A program made the position numbers and the translations under genes. The notes beneath the pieces were generated by a model. That model did not search any database, was not told where the DNA came from, and worked only from the letters and a program-made list of their open reading frames with translations. 64,000 bases of DNA from Corallochytrium limacisporum Hawaii (Eukaryota; Protista; Pluriformea), in contig PDIP01000043.1 of the NCBI GenBank assembly GCA_002811645.1, positions 95,289 to 159,288 on the forward strand. The letters run 5' to 3'. Of the stretch, positions 49,092 through 60,240 are shown piece after piece; position 1 is the stretch's first letter, and each line of letters begins with the position of its first letter.

Positions 49092-50108
49092 TCATCGCAA
49101 AAACTCCTGCACTTCACCGATTTCACGGCGGCGGGCCTCCTGGTGGGCCCACTTGGCCTCTTGAAGCTTTACGTCCGAAGTCCAGTACTCGTGGCAGATG
49201 CGTTCGCCACAGCCTGGGCAGAACTTGCCGTCCTTGAAGGGCGGGGCCGTCATATACGCATCGAGACACTTATAGTGGTACAAGTGGTTGCAATAGATGC
49301 GTACAATCTCCTTCTCTCGCGGCACCTTAATCCCTAATTTGGCCGGTTCCTGGGGAAGCACGCGCTTGCTGCATATTTGACATCCGTCAGTGGGAAACTG
49401 TTTGCAACAACGATCGATGAGGAACCTCGCGACGGCAAAGAGCGAAGGCTGCGGAGGTGGAAATTCTTTTTCTCCCGGTTTCTTTAGTGGTTTTGCGCAG
49501 CGCTGTGCCAATTGCAGGGCCTGCCCGAAGAAAACCTTCACCAGGTACTCAGGGAAGTTGGTAGTCTTTGGTTGCAGCTGTACATGATCTATGGGATAGT
49601 TCTCTGGCACCGTCAGAGTGAAATCAAGGTTGTATTTTCCTTGCTCGACGTGGAATTCCAGTCGCCCTTTCGACTCTCTAATCTTCATTGTGTCCGTATC
49701 CGCAGTGATAAGATTCTCCCTAATATACAATGCTTCAGCGAAGGCTGGAATGATGAGATTTTTGTACAGTATTTCCCGTACCTGTTCGTAGGCTCCAAGA
49801 ACTTGCGGTTTCCCGGACTCAAGGCACTCCTTCATTTTGCTTTCGAAGGCTTTCATCAACTTTGACACAGCTTCCTTACTAAGATGCTTTGACTCCATTT
49901 CAAGGAGAGCCAAACTATTTGGATAGTCCTCGTTGAACTGTACCTTGATATGCACTTGCCGGTACTCTGTAGGACCCGTTGTAATCTTGACCATTTGAGT
50001 AAAACATGAGACCAGCTCATCCTCGGGTAGCTGATCCTTCAAAAGAGCCAGCTCTTCCTTCAAAGTGGGCGCCTGACTATCCCCTTTCTTGACGTTCTCA
50101 TCTGTCAT
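49092..50108 (-). CDS. RWD-like plus RING-H2 protein, putative E3 ligase
   Basis: Two RWD-like xP/xxYP motifs (FNEDYPNS, VPENYPID) and CQIC...CNHLYHYKC...CPGC. Confidence 0.75.
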   Translation of the reverse strand: MTDENVKKGDSQAPTLKEELALLKDQLPEDELVSCFTQMVKITTGPTEYRQVHIKVQFNEDYPNSLALLEMESKHLSKEAVSKLMKAFESKMKECLESGKPQVLGAYEQVREILYKNLIIPAFAEALYIRENLITADTDTMKIRESKGRLEFHVEQGKYNLDFTLTVPENYPIDHVQLQPKTTNFPEYLVKVFFGQALQLAQRCAKPLKKPGEKEFPPPQPSLFAVARFLIDRCCKQFPTDGCQICSKRVLPQEPAKLGIKVPREKEIVRIYCNHLYHYKCLDAYMTAPPFKDGKFCPGCGERICHEYWTSDVKLQEAKWAHQEARRREIGEVQEFLR

Positions 50109-51078
50109 GGCTGCGAAAGTCTCAATGCCAAAAAGATCCAGCGTGACTGGATCCCTCCTTGGAAACCCTATTCACATCAAACTAAACCGTTCCATTCTAT
50201 CTTCTTTTTCCGCACCGTGATAGGTATCAGAGCACCTTAAACATGGTATCCAACATGGACTTTTGTTTGTCGTTTACTTATATACCCCTTCAATCACAAG
50301 CCTGACATAGTCAACTCCTTCCCGCCGTTCCCAAGGGCTGGCCAAGCGTCCGTCTGGTCCTGACGGGTCTCATTCCCCCACCCGGCAATCTAGGGCCTTG
50401 CTAGTGCCGAGCCTGCGCTGGGGGCCTTCGAGTGAATTTTTCATCGCTGGGGGAACGCGTTCCCGACGACTGCAGGAAGAGACACGAGAGAGAGGGAGAG
50501 AGACCAGCGAGAGGAAGGGGCGGCCCCTGGGGAGAGGAGGGGCCGGGGAGAGGGGAACCGCATGTGAACGAACCGCTGTCGTCGGTCTCTATCCCCTCGT
50601 CCCAAAAATAAGTAAAACTTTGAGTTTTCCCTTCCGGAAGACCCGAAGAAATCCGCAGTGGCGGAAGGGGGGGGGAGGTTTTAGAAAAAGCCAAAGGCAG
50701 TGAGGAGATGAGAGGAACGGAACGCAAGTTACACAGCTGGCAAGCGGAAGAGGAAGGAGGGGTGAAGGCCAATGCGGGGAAAGGGAGGGAGGGGGAGTGC
50801 CAGGGAGCGCCCGCCTTGGGGGATGTATGGAGTTATCAAGCGTCGCAGTGCATTTTCCCAGTATTCCTGTCAGTAATTGCGTACCAGTGTGAGGTATTTG
50901 GGACATGGTTCATTCATATATACAATGCAAACATGATGGTCTGATGGTCTGCATGGTTTACTGTAGTCTGCTAGCTAGATAGATTCAAAACTTGGTTGGC
51001 TGAGCAAGTATCTTAGACCAGAATAGGTGATGGGATTTGGATAAGATTTCTTGAAGGTCCTAATCAAAGGTCTCAACC

Positions 51079-53079
51079 ATGGCTAGTGAACATATTGGCC
51101 GTCATGTCGAGGCCAGGACACGACAGAACAATGTGTATTCTGGGACTGTTGCGGACGTGGACGGATCCAGTAACTCCTTGACCCTGGTGCAGGTGGTAAA
51201 GAATGCAACGCAGGCTATGACTAGTGTTACATTGAGCGCACGGGATATCCTCGAACTAAAAGAGGCCACCAGTGGTAACGACATTTCCACTGACTCATTG
51301 GCTTCCACCCCCGCTTCTTCAACGCAGCCAACGCCAAATCCAGCATTTAGTCGAGGGAACGTACCCACCGCCACACTCTTGGCACAGCGGAGAAAGCAGC
51401 TGGCACAGCCGCCTGCCTCCCTTCCCCAGCCTACCTATGCAACTACCCAGCCGCCAACATACGGAGCAACAACGCCGCAGGCGTCGCCCATGCCTGCCCC
51501 AGGAATACCAATGACAGCTGCAAATCTTGAACGAATGGCCATGCAACAGCCTCCTCATCCTCCCATGCACCAAGCTGCTCCACCAACCTATGCATACATG
51601 GCAGGACCACCGCAGTATGGACCGGGAATGGTCCAGGGACAACCATCTCATCAAGACCATGTTCATGCTCTGGCCGCAAGCGTACAACAAACCTACGCAC
51701 CACCGCCCCATTTCAACGCCGGGCCTGCGCAACCGACATCGGTACCGCCCGTACAATCAGCAACTGCAACAAAGCCGCTCAGTGTGGCAGAGCTCGAGGC
51801 ACAAATTGCGGCCAGCTCCCCGGGATTATCAGGAGCAAACCTGCGGACACCCACCCAGCAGCAGCAGCAGCAGCTCAATGGCTCCAACGGTTCTCCACGA
51901 AGCAGTCGCCAGGGAAGCAATAGGTCACCAAATAAGCGGGGGGCCAAGGCAAAATCTCAGCAGCCGCTGGACTTCGAAACGGTGGATCACCAACCGTACC
52001 AATATCAGGACTCGCGTAGGACGCCGGCAAGGCAGAGAAAGAAGGACGCGGCGACATTCTCCACCAATCTTATGGGGACTTCCAGTAACGACAACATCGG
52101 AGATGATTTCGATTTTCAGGCCAATCTGGCAAAATTTGATAAGAATAGCATTTTCAGGGAAATCGCCGAAGCGGATGACATTGACGCTTCTCATCGCTTG
52201 GTGGCACATAATAAGAGGCCAGCGGAAGCCAAGATCCATTACACCGAGAGTGCCCTGGACGAAAACAGTCAGCAAATGCAGCAAGCTGGTGCTTCAGAGA
52301 TCGCCCGGGCACGCCAGGCGACATCTTTTGTCAGCGATCACGGCTACCCTATTCCTGTGACCACCCTGGAAACACGACGGCGCTTGATACGATATGCAGA
52401 CTCTCTTGGGTACAAGGAGCATACATTCATTGAAAATAGTGGGCGGTCAGTTAGTGAAATGGCGCTGCAGCTCCTGGGTGGCGCACGTCGCATCAATCCT
52501 TCCAATCGGCACCAATTACCCACTGTGATTGTTCTGGCGGGTGATGCAGTGAAGGGACAGGTAGCCATCTGTGCCGCGCGCCACTTGGCAAACCATAACA
52601 TTAAGGTCAAACTGTGTGTGCCGGCCAGTGCACAGATCCCATTGGGTGCCATTGACATGTTCAGCAACAGTGACGGTGAGATTTCGGAGGGAGCGGAAAG
52701 CCTTCCGGACACCCTCATCGATCCTGTGGACCTCATTCTAGACGGTCTCGCTGGCCTCAGCAGTGACATTGACGATGCTCTTGAAGATGACGTCTGCCAG
52801 ATGATTCAGTGGGCCAACGAAGCGAAATCCTCAAAGGTCGCCATCGATCTGCCATCCGGCTACCTCGGCGATGGATCCGAGATGGAGCAGTTCTTCCAAG
52901 CGAAATGGATTGTGGCTTTGGGGCTGCCTTTGGATACCATCCTCAACGAACGATTTGCAGGACATCAAATCTACCTTGCGGATGCGGGCATTCCACGTTT
53001 GATCTTCAATAAGGTCAACATATCATTCCCCACATCTCCGTTTGCGGACAAATTCGTGGTGGCTTTGCATCGGTCTTAG
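51079..53079 (+). CDS. EDC3: enhancer of mRNA decapping 3
   Basis: N-terminal LSm domain, DFDFQANLAKFDK motif and YjeF-N domain (LLGGARRINP, ARHLANH, PVDLILD, LADAGIP). Confidence 0.95.
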   Translation: MASEHIGRHVEARTRQNNVYSGTVADVDGSSNSLTLVQVVKNATQAMTSVTLSARDILELKEATSGNDISTDSLASTPASSTQPTPNPAFSRGNVPTATLLAQRRKQLAQPPASLPQPTYATTQPPTYGATTPQASPMPAPGIPMTAANLERMAMQQPPHPPMHQAAPPTYAYMAGPPQYGPGMVQGQPSHQDHVHALAASVQQTYAPPPHFNAGPAQPTSVPPVQSATATKPLSVAELEAQIAASSPGLSGANLRTPTQQQQQQLNGSNGSPRSSRQGSNRSPNKRGAKAKSQQPLDFETVDHQPYQYQDSRRTPARQRKKDAATFSTNLMGTSSNDNIGDDFDFQANLAKFDKNSIFREIAEADDIDASHRLVAHNKRPAEAKIHYTESALDENSQQMQQAGASEIARARQATSFVSDHGYPIPVTTLETRRRLIRYADSLGYKEHTFIENSGRSVSEMALQLLGGARRINPSNRHQLPTVIVLAGDAVKGQVAICAARHLANHNIKVKLCVPASAQIPLGAIDMFSNSDGEISEGAESLPDTLIDPVDLILDGLAGLSSDIDDALEDDVCQMIQWANEAKSSKVAIDLPSGYLGDGSEMEQFFQAKWIVALGLPLDTILNERFAGHQIYLADAGIPRLIFNKVNISFPTSPFADKFVVALHRS

Positions 53080-53169
53080 AAGCAACAATCATTTGTTTCC
53101 ATGTCTAAATTAGCTAGTGTATGTTTCTTTAATCCTATAATGTATGACCATGGGAATTGTTTCGATTCT

Positions 53170-54420
53170 TTATCGTTTGTAAGACCCTTTGTACCGGCTG
53201 CGCGAGCCTGAACTGGTCTTGAAGTTGCCCCCTTTGCGTCCACCGCTGCTGGCGGCGCCATAGTACGGATGCGGGCTGCTGCGCGGTGTATCCCTTCGAC
53301 TGCCCAGACGATTTTGTAGGTTCCGGCTGTTCGGTGTGCTGCGAGTTCTGCGACCCGCTCCTTCATTGCCACCGAATGGGCTGCCTCTGTGCGAAGGATA
53401 GCCAAAGCCAAATTGAGGTGTCCCTTGGTTTCCGAGGCGGTTGGCCAGGCGGGTGTTCACTGGTGTGCTGTTCGCGGTGCCATAATGGTTGGGACTGTTG
53501 TACGCGCTCCGAAATCCACCTTGGTTTGGAGCAACTGGAAAAGGGAAGTACTTGATCTGGTTGTTGATCGGGCATTCGTGGTGCCAGTGGCCCTTGCGTG
53601 TGCAGAAGCAGCACCATGCGTGCGGATTCGTCGTCTGGGCTGGCTTCGGGGGTCCGTTCGATGTGGTATTTGCATAAACACGCCAGATTTGGGGACAGTC
53701 TGCCTGCAGATGGCCCCACATATAACACCGGATGCATTCGAGTCGGAATTTCCTTCGCACCGCCGTGCAATCCTTTGACTTATGGCCTGGTCTGTGACAA
53801 TTGAAGCATAGCTCCTGTGGACAAGCAAACCGCACGTGCCCCGATAACCCGCAGAGTGCACATACATTGGCAGCGCTTCCGACTGGACAATGCTTCGCAA
53901 TGTGACCGTTCTCACCACAATTGTGACAACGTAGTTCTTGGATGCCCTCACTCGAATAATAGCGATTGCTACTCTTACTCATTCTGTCGTTCAAGTCCCG
54001 AGGGTGCACAGCCCACGGGTCATCTGTATCTTTCTTTTTTGGTTCTGCAGACTTTGCAAAGTCTTGTGCGTATTGCCCTTCTAGGTCATCATCTGGAAGA
54101 GAACTCTTGTCAGAGTCTTGGTCAATGTGCTGAACAACGACATCGTCCGATACTGAAACCACACTCGAATCATCAGACTCTTGTTCCCTAATGAAGCTAC
54201 TGTTCTGTGATTTTTGTTCCTGCTGTCCCACAGTCTCATCGTCGTGTTCGGCGTCAATCGACCCCTTGGTTTCAGTCTTGTCTACCTCCTTTGCCTTCTC
54301 GTCAGTGGTTTTTCGCGGCTCTTCAGCGATGGTTGGTTGCTGCGGCTGGAAACTTCGCTGCTGGAAATACATCTGAGACACCAGTCTCCCTTCTTCATCG
54401 CTATCAATGTCACTGTTCAT
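53170..54420 (-). CDS. ZCCHC7: Air1/2-ZCCHC7 zinc-knuckle subunit of TRAMP
   Basis: Five CX2CX4HX4C knuckles with the conserved CPQIWRVY linker. Confidence 0.9.
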   Translation of the reverse strand: MNSDIDSDEEGRLVSQMYFQQRSFQPQQPTIAEEPRKTTDEKAKEVDKTETKGSIDAEHDDETVGQQEQKSQNSSFIREQESDDSSVVSVSDDVVVQHIDQDSDKSSLPDDDLEGQYAQDFAKSAEPKKKDTDDPWAVHPRDLNDRMSKSSNRYYSSEGIQELRCHNCGENGHIAKHCPVGSAANVCALCGLSGHVRFACPQELCFNCHRPGHKSKDCTAVRRKFRLECIRCYMWGHLQADCPQIWRVYANTTSNGPPKPAQTTNPHAWCCFCTRKGHWHHECPINNQIKYFPFPVAPNQGGFRSAYNSPNHYGTANSTPVNTRLANRLGNQGTPQFGFGYPSHRGSPFGGNEGAGRRTRSTPNSRNLQNRLGSRRDTPRSSPHPYYGAASSGGRKGGNFKTSSGSRSRYKGSYKR

Positions 54421-54750
54421 GATTGGTAAATCTTGCCAGAACAGTTTCTACACGTTCTCTTTGAATGCTCTCATGTCTATTTTTCACTTCTTTATGTGTT
54501 GGTTGAACATGTTTGGAAAGTCTTCTCTCGTTCCGGAACGTTCCTGCTGCCTAAAGTACCCCCGCCGTGTGGTAGCTGCCCCCCACTCAGTCTGTGCGGC
54601 CAAGGGGACCAGCAGCCCACCCGCACCCCCCTCCCCCCCTTCGCTCCCTTTCCAACCCGCGCGCTCAATGGGGGACCGAGGGAGAAGAAGGCTAGGGTGT
54701 GGGTGAAACTGCTCGTGTTATAAACTGATGCCCTAAACTACATAATTAGT

Positions 54751-55065
54751 ATGCCGGAATATACTGTACTTTATTTTCACCCTCGCTGGGTTCCCCCGGT
54801 CCCGCTGTTTTCGTCACTTCTAAATTGCTGGACCTGCAACGCCGGTAGAAACTATACTGCACCCGGAAACCTTGCGAGAGACCCGCCGTTTCCCTCCCTC
54901 GTCTTCGTCGCTAGTTTCTTTGTTGGTATAGTCACAGTACTTGGTTTCCACGAAGCCCGAAGTGCGGCGGGCCACCACAAGCACTGCGTTCGGTCGTTGT
55001 TGGGTCGGAGGGCGCCGCGACAGGGTCCGGAAACGAATTCCTCTGAAGCACTACGCAGTGCGTAG
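54751..55065 (+). pseudogene. class A GPCR-like remnant (TM3-ECL2)
   Basis: SSLLNCWTCNAGRNYTA...LVFVASFFVGIVTVLGFH...HC in one frame. Confidence 0.5.
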
Positions 55066-55274
55066 TGACAAGCAAACAAACAGACCCAGAGTAATATTTT
55101 GAAACCAGTGACATCAGTGACATGCAGTACCACGTAATTCCCCTCGTGGACCACGAGAAAGGATGCTTTGATGGACATTTTGGTATTTGTGAACAAAGAT
55201 CAATGGACTATGTCTCGGGTGCAGCGCGCCGGTGTGAACACAACGGGACCGTACCACGCAACACCTTTACCAGA

Positions 55275-55847
55275 ATGCTCTTCTCCTACGTGGATCTATT
55301 GGCAACATATTTCCTGGCCGTGGTTGTGCCAGGATATCGGTCATTTAAGGCTATCCGTCACAAAGACTTACGGGAATACCAGGCATGGCTCATGTACTGG
55401 ATTGTATACGCTTTCCTGGCTACAGTCCAACTCCCAATGGAGATCCTTATGTCATGGCTGCCATTCTACACAATTTTCAAGTACGCGGGATTGATCTGGT
55501 TGGTGGCACCGCAGAGCAAAGGGGCTGTATCGCTCTATAAACAATGGCTCCACTACAAACTAAAGGAATATGAGCCACAGATCGACGAGACCGTCGTACG
55601 GGCACGCGAGCTTCTCTACGATCAGTTTAGCGGCGTGATTGACCAGGCGGTCGGCCTTGTGCGGGATAACATGAACATGATCGTCTTTAAGGTACTAGAA
55701 TCCCAGCAGAAATCCGGGGAGATGGATTTCAAGAGCAACGAGATTAAGGCGTCCAGGTCGGATGATGAGGAAGACACCAAAATCAGCACACCCAGGAACG
55801 GAAGAAAGTGGCCCTCAAGGCAAACCACACCACGGAAGGATGAATGA
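55275..55847 (+). CDS. REEP/DP1/HVA22 family ER-shaping protein
   Basis: PGYRSFKAI, WLMYWIVYA, SWLPFY and WLVAPQSKGA...LY; upstream in-frame ATGs at 55122 and 55203 are possible starts. Confidence 0.92.
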   Translation: MLFSYVDLLATYFLAVVVPGYRSFKAIRHKDLREYQAWLMYWIVYAFLATVQLPMEILMSWLPFYTIFKYAGLIWLVAPQSKGAVSLYKQWLHYKLKEYEPQIDETVVRARELLYDQFSGVIDQAVGLVRDNMNMIVFKVLESQQKSGEMDFKSNEIKASRSDDEEDTKISTPRNGRKWPSRQTTPRKDE

Positions 55848-55923
55848 TCCGTCCAAAATATACATATATCATTCCTGGCGCAATCAGCATATCGATATCA
55901 TAATCATACACATTACATTTTAT

Positions 55924-57348
55924 TCATACACGCACTGAGCCAGAAGTATCAGCACCCATTTTTCGCAAAATGGCATTGCTGGTCACTGATGTAGCAGCGA
56001 TGCCAGCCTGCAGGGCCGCCAAACTGTCTCCAATTTTATCACGCAGCTTTCTATCATCACTGATTTTCTCCAGAGCACTTGTAAGCGTGTCATGGATATG
56101 GCCAGCCATCATGAACTGTGCCTGCGGCTCCGAGTGGAAAATATATGGGAACAAAATATCAAAGACCTCGAGTATGAATGTAGCTGTGGCATTCGCCACA
56201 ATGCTCTGCACTGCATCCAGATCCTCTGCTCGACAGCTCCGAAAGAATCTCCGCCACATGTCCAAGTTATCATCAACGTCAACAGGAATGTACTGGACAA
56301 TGGAAGCGACGTCTTGATAGGTAATTTGCCGGGGAAAGTCTAGAGCGTTGTGTAAGGCACTCTCGTGCACATGATCACGGAGCGCGGGAATACTCGATGG
56401 CTGAACCATCAGGCGAGCGTAAGGTCCCCGCGTGAGCACATGAGAGCTGTTGTAGTAGGCCAGATTGGGGACTTGATGTTTGCTTTGGTAGATAAGAATG
56501 GCGGCGGCGTCAGCAGCAGTCATGTCTCCAGCCACAGGTAAGCCAGACGACTGACACGATTCCTTCCAGGTCTTGTACAGCATTCTCTTGATCATTTTTG
56601 GCTTGTGCCGGACTTTGATCTTGGTTTGGCTACAGAGTTCGTCTAGATTCCCCTCCTCATCCTTTGCGTATACCAAAGCTTGCTGACGTTGCCATAGTCG
56701 TGGTGCCAGCTCTGCGATGTAGTCGATCGATGACTTGGCCTTTGTTCTACTAGCAGGCAAAGGAATCTGCCGCCCGGACGCCACATCAGGATACTCGAGG
56801 AATACCCTACGCTGCAGTTCTACCAAGGGGTGATTGAACTCTAAATTGTCGCATAGCTTAGCGATCGTAGCCGCACATGACGCCTTCAACATGCCGTCGT
56901 CCAACAGAAGTCGAATAAAACAGATGGTCGCCTTTTGCATCTGAGTGTATGCCAGGTATCGCGCAAGACTCAATTGTGCCTTTGCTACAATGGATAGCGT
57001 CTCCGGATACAGCGCACACTGGACAACCAAAAACTCCCACACTCGTCGACGAATCTGTACATCGATGCTCTTCATTGACAAAACTGCCATGGATTGTAGA
57101 ACTACTGCCTTTTTCAGTGCACTGCGGGAGACGAGAGTACTTGCCAAGAGCATCATCTGCCGTCGTTTATATCTCTTAGTTGCCATATCCCTAAGGATTT
57201 CAGATATCATTACCTCTGGAAGTCCATAGTTGAGAGCATTTTCCACTAACCGCTGGCCATGTCTTGTCTGTTCCTCTCTAGTGGCGAAGCGATCCTCGCG
57301 GACTCGCCGGAAGGACGCCTCGAACATTTGTGCCTCCATGGCTTGCAT
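55924..57348 (-). CDS. helical protein, possible divergent CENP-I/Mis6 kinetochore subunit
   Basis: 474-aa ATG ORF. The N-terminal half follows the Mis6/CENP-I helix pattern (ENALNYGL...EIL; VVLQSMAVL; WEFLV; FIRLL; HPLVEL...YP). The gene is likely real but its function is tentative. Confidence 0.5.
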   Translation of the reverse strand: MQAMEAQMFEASFRRVREDRFATREEQTRHGQRLVENALNYGLPEVMISEILRDMATKRYKRRQMMLLASTLVSRSALKKAVVLQSMAVLSMKSIDVQIRRRVWEFLVVQCALYPETLSIVAKAQLSLARYLAYTQMQKATICFIRLLLDDGMLKASCAATIAKLCDNLEFNHPLVELQRRVFLEYPDVASGRQIPLPASRTKAKSSIDYIAELAPRLWQRQQALVYAKDEEGNLDELCSQTKIKVRHKPKMIKRMLYKTWKESCQSSGLPVAGDMTAADAAAILIYQSKHQVPNLAYYNSSHVLTRGPYARLMVQPSSIPALRDHVHESALHNALDFPRQITYQDVASIVQYIPVDVDDNLDMWRRFFRSCRAEDLDAVQSIVANATATFILEVFDILFPYIFHSEPQAQFMMAGHIHDTLTSALEKISDDRKLRDKIGDSLAALQAGIAATSVTSNAILRKMGADTSGSVRV

Positions 57349-57739
57349 TTCATTCCTGGAAGATCACGTACTACAGAACATTATGAGTTCAAATCAATGT
57401 AAATTCGACGGATAGTGCACATTGCAGCCCCTCATTGTCCTACAACATCAGTAGCTTGGCTCTGTTGATGTACCTACTGCGATCTGTGCGGCCCCCCTGG
57501 GAGCAGCTGGAGACCTCCCAACTTCTTTGTGCCGACCGCCCCTCGCGCCAAAAAACCCATCGAGCACCCCTCCCCTCCGCACCTCCAAAAAATAGGCCCC
57601 TACTGTTTTGTGTTTGTTTCTCCACTTTCAAGAGTTTCACGCCCTGGTAGCATAGCTGCAACTATTCAGATAAATTGTTCCGCACGCCGGTCCCTCCCAT
57701 CTAGGGAAGAACACAACCAGCCAAAAACTGACATACATC

Positions 57740-58060
57740 TCGGAGTAAAAGGCTACGGAAACACACTGCCCTGCCGGGCCGGGAAATCCGTCAGATGTCA
57801 AGTGCTTGGATGTGTCATCCACAGCGGACATGCATCTTCCCTAAGTAGAGAGGGTCAGTCGTACACCCACGCACGCTATGCCTCATTTGTGTATCGCCGT
57901 GCTCCCATTAAGTCATACGGTTGGTGATGATGCAGATGGACAGATTCTGATCACCATCAAATCGTCACCGTGCGCTTTCTGGTTGGCGGCTGGACCTCCA
58001 TTCCTCTCTCTGAGAAGTATATATAGATCTCTGCAGGCCACACAGCAAAGGAACAATAGC
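57740..58060 (+). pseudogene. class A GPCR-like remnant (TM3-TM4)
   Basis: GKSVRCQVLGCVIHSGHASSLS...HARYASFV, then ILIT...AFWLAAGPPFL. Confidence 0.5.
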
Positions 58061-58689
58061 GCACCTTAGCAGCAAACTATTCACAGAAAGCGACATCTTC
58101 AGCAACCCCAGTGGTAGAGATCTAAGCTGGGTGCCATCTTCGGGCAAATCCACCCCCGCAGGGCAGTGTGCTCTACTTCGGGCATCGACGAAGAAAGATT
58201 CACCACAATAACTTCCACTAGTTGTATCTACGACAGAAAGGACTAACATAGAGTCTGCGAGTGGACAACAATGAAGTCTTTTTGCCAGGTTTCGCTACTT
58301 TCTTTGTCTGCAAAAACAAGACATAACCATAGCAGTGCTATAGAATTGTTCGTAGAGAACCCTGGCAGGCACAAATCTAGATACGGAGTGGGTTCAATGA
58401 AGCTTGTCACCTGGCACTTCGGGCTTCGAAGTGAGGTTTTCCTTCCTTTCCTTCTGTGTTTTATTTTTCGTTCTCTTTTTTGTGTAGGAAAATATTGTCC
58501 TCTAGGCTACCCAGCTTCCAAGGCCGGAAAACTCAACTAAGTTCTGCTGCTTAAAAGCAATCTCCGGTGTACGAGGGCGGGGGGAAGAGTGGCGGGGGGT
58601 CCGGAGCGATTTCGCTCAACGTCTTTATTCCCTTTGCGATTTGATCGCCTCTTCATTCACTCTGCCGCTATTGCAAAACGAGAAAGAGC

Positions 58690-59091
58690 TTGGGCATCAT
58701 ACTAGGCTGCAGTATTGATGATTACGATATACTAGAACTATTCATTAATTCACTGATCCGTGTTGCCTTTGCATACACTCGGCTGCCATCCACCCACTTA
58801 GTACTTCAGTTTTCTGAGCATCGTGCTCAGCAAGCAAACTGTGGCACTTTCAAGAAACGTTCGATGATCATGACGTTTAACGTGCCATGCTGGATTGCCG
58901 CTTATGGGGCTACATCACACGACCACTCATCGCCGAGATCTTTGATCATCATTTTGGACATGTTAATGCGATGGACTTGCAAGATCTCCCACTCATCGTC
59001 ATCCTGCCTCCTTCTCAGGGTACATGTCTTGCCCATGCCCAAACAACACCACATATTCAGCAGCGAGGTTCAAGGTCTCTCGCAAGTCTGA
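58690..59091 (+). pseudogene. class A GPCR-like remnant (ECL2-TM7)
   Basis: GCSID...LIRVAFAYTRL...KKRSMIMTFNVPCWIAAY...WTCK in one frame, with LPLIV in the adjacent frame. Confidence 0.55.
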
Positions 59092-59369
59092 AGCATACGG
59101 TTTTTTGAGATTAGCACCAAGCGCCAGTGGGCCGGCGACAGCCACGGTGTCACTTCGAATACAATGGTCATGGTAGAGCTTAGGAGAGAACCATGTTGTT
59201 ACCCAAGTTTGGAAGACGGCAGGAAGCAGAATGGAGATTGCTGAGGCGGCTTTGCCTGTGATCTTGCGGTCGTTTCTACGCCACCTTCACCCGGTGCTCC
59301 AACTCGAGATCGAGCGCTCAGACGGGTGGCTTTCCGGATGACCGGCCACAGCAACAAAGAAGTGGGCAG

Positions 59370-59720
59370 CAACAGATGATATCCATCATGGGAGACCTCG
59401 TTTCCATAACCATTTCTGTCGAGGTCCTCTCGCCTGGGTGTTCTGAAACCTCTTCACCTTCTCCGTTGCTTTCCGAGATCTCATTAATGGTCTCGCATAC
59501 ACTGTTTATACCAAACACCGAGTACATTCTTAAAACTGATGGTGCCCCGCCTGCTTGGATGTGAACAATCAGCCACCCAATCTACTTCTCGTTCTCGTTC
59601 CTTTGTTCTTCCACAATACGGTGTATCCAGAGAAGAATTGCGGCAACTCGTGCGCTACATTTGCACGAACTTTTTCAAACGAGAAGTTTACTGACGCACT
59701 CATTGAGAACGTAAAATTAG
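59370..59720 (+). pseudogene. class A GPCR-like remnant (TM1-TM3 joined to TM7-H8)
   Basis: ISIMGDLVSI, NLFTFSVAFRDLINGL (59447), AWM*TI and GNSCATFARTFSNEKFTDAL (59642). Confidence 0.55.
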
Positions 59721-59989
59721 GCGCACTTTCAGTTCCGCAATCCAATATCAACACTATGACCACGACAATACGCAGGATTACAGCTCCGCGGCAATGCGAT
59801 AGTTGTAGGCCAAATGCCGTCGGCGATGCGATGTTTTGACCATGCCCATCAGCGGGGCATACATAAATACAAATCATCACACATACGTAATACCCAGAAC
59901 GCTATGGACCAAAGCCGCTGGCTTCTTTCAACATTACGCGAAAAAAATGGCTGACTAATGGTAGCACCTATCGGTCATGCGAGTCACCA

Positions 59990-60240
59990 CAGTAGACGTA
60001 GTCCAGTGAGCGATACTTGGTTTGCTGAGTTTGTTGGTGCGGCATGAGAGTCGATACCAAGACAGCATCAACCTAGATGACCACGATTTCTTAGCGATGG
60101 AGGATATCATGCTGAAATGGTGGCCGCAACGAAATGGTATCAAGTACATCAACCAGCAACAACTTGTGAACCACTGTGGCAAATCAATCTTGTGTACACG
60201 CATCGTGCGATCATCAAATATTGAAGCGGCCGTACATTGA
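59990..60240 (+). pseudogene. class A GPCR-like remnant (TM3-TM5)
   Basis: AILGLLSLLVRHESRY, IMLKWW, ATTCEPLW and INLVY. Confidence 0.4.
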
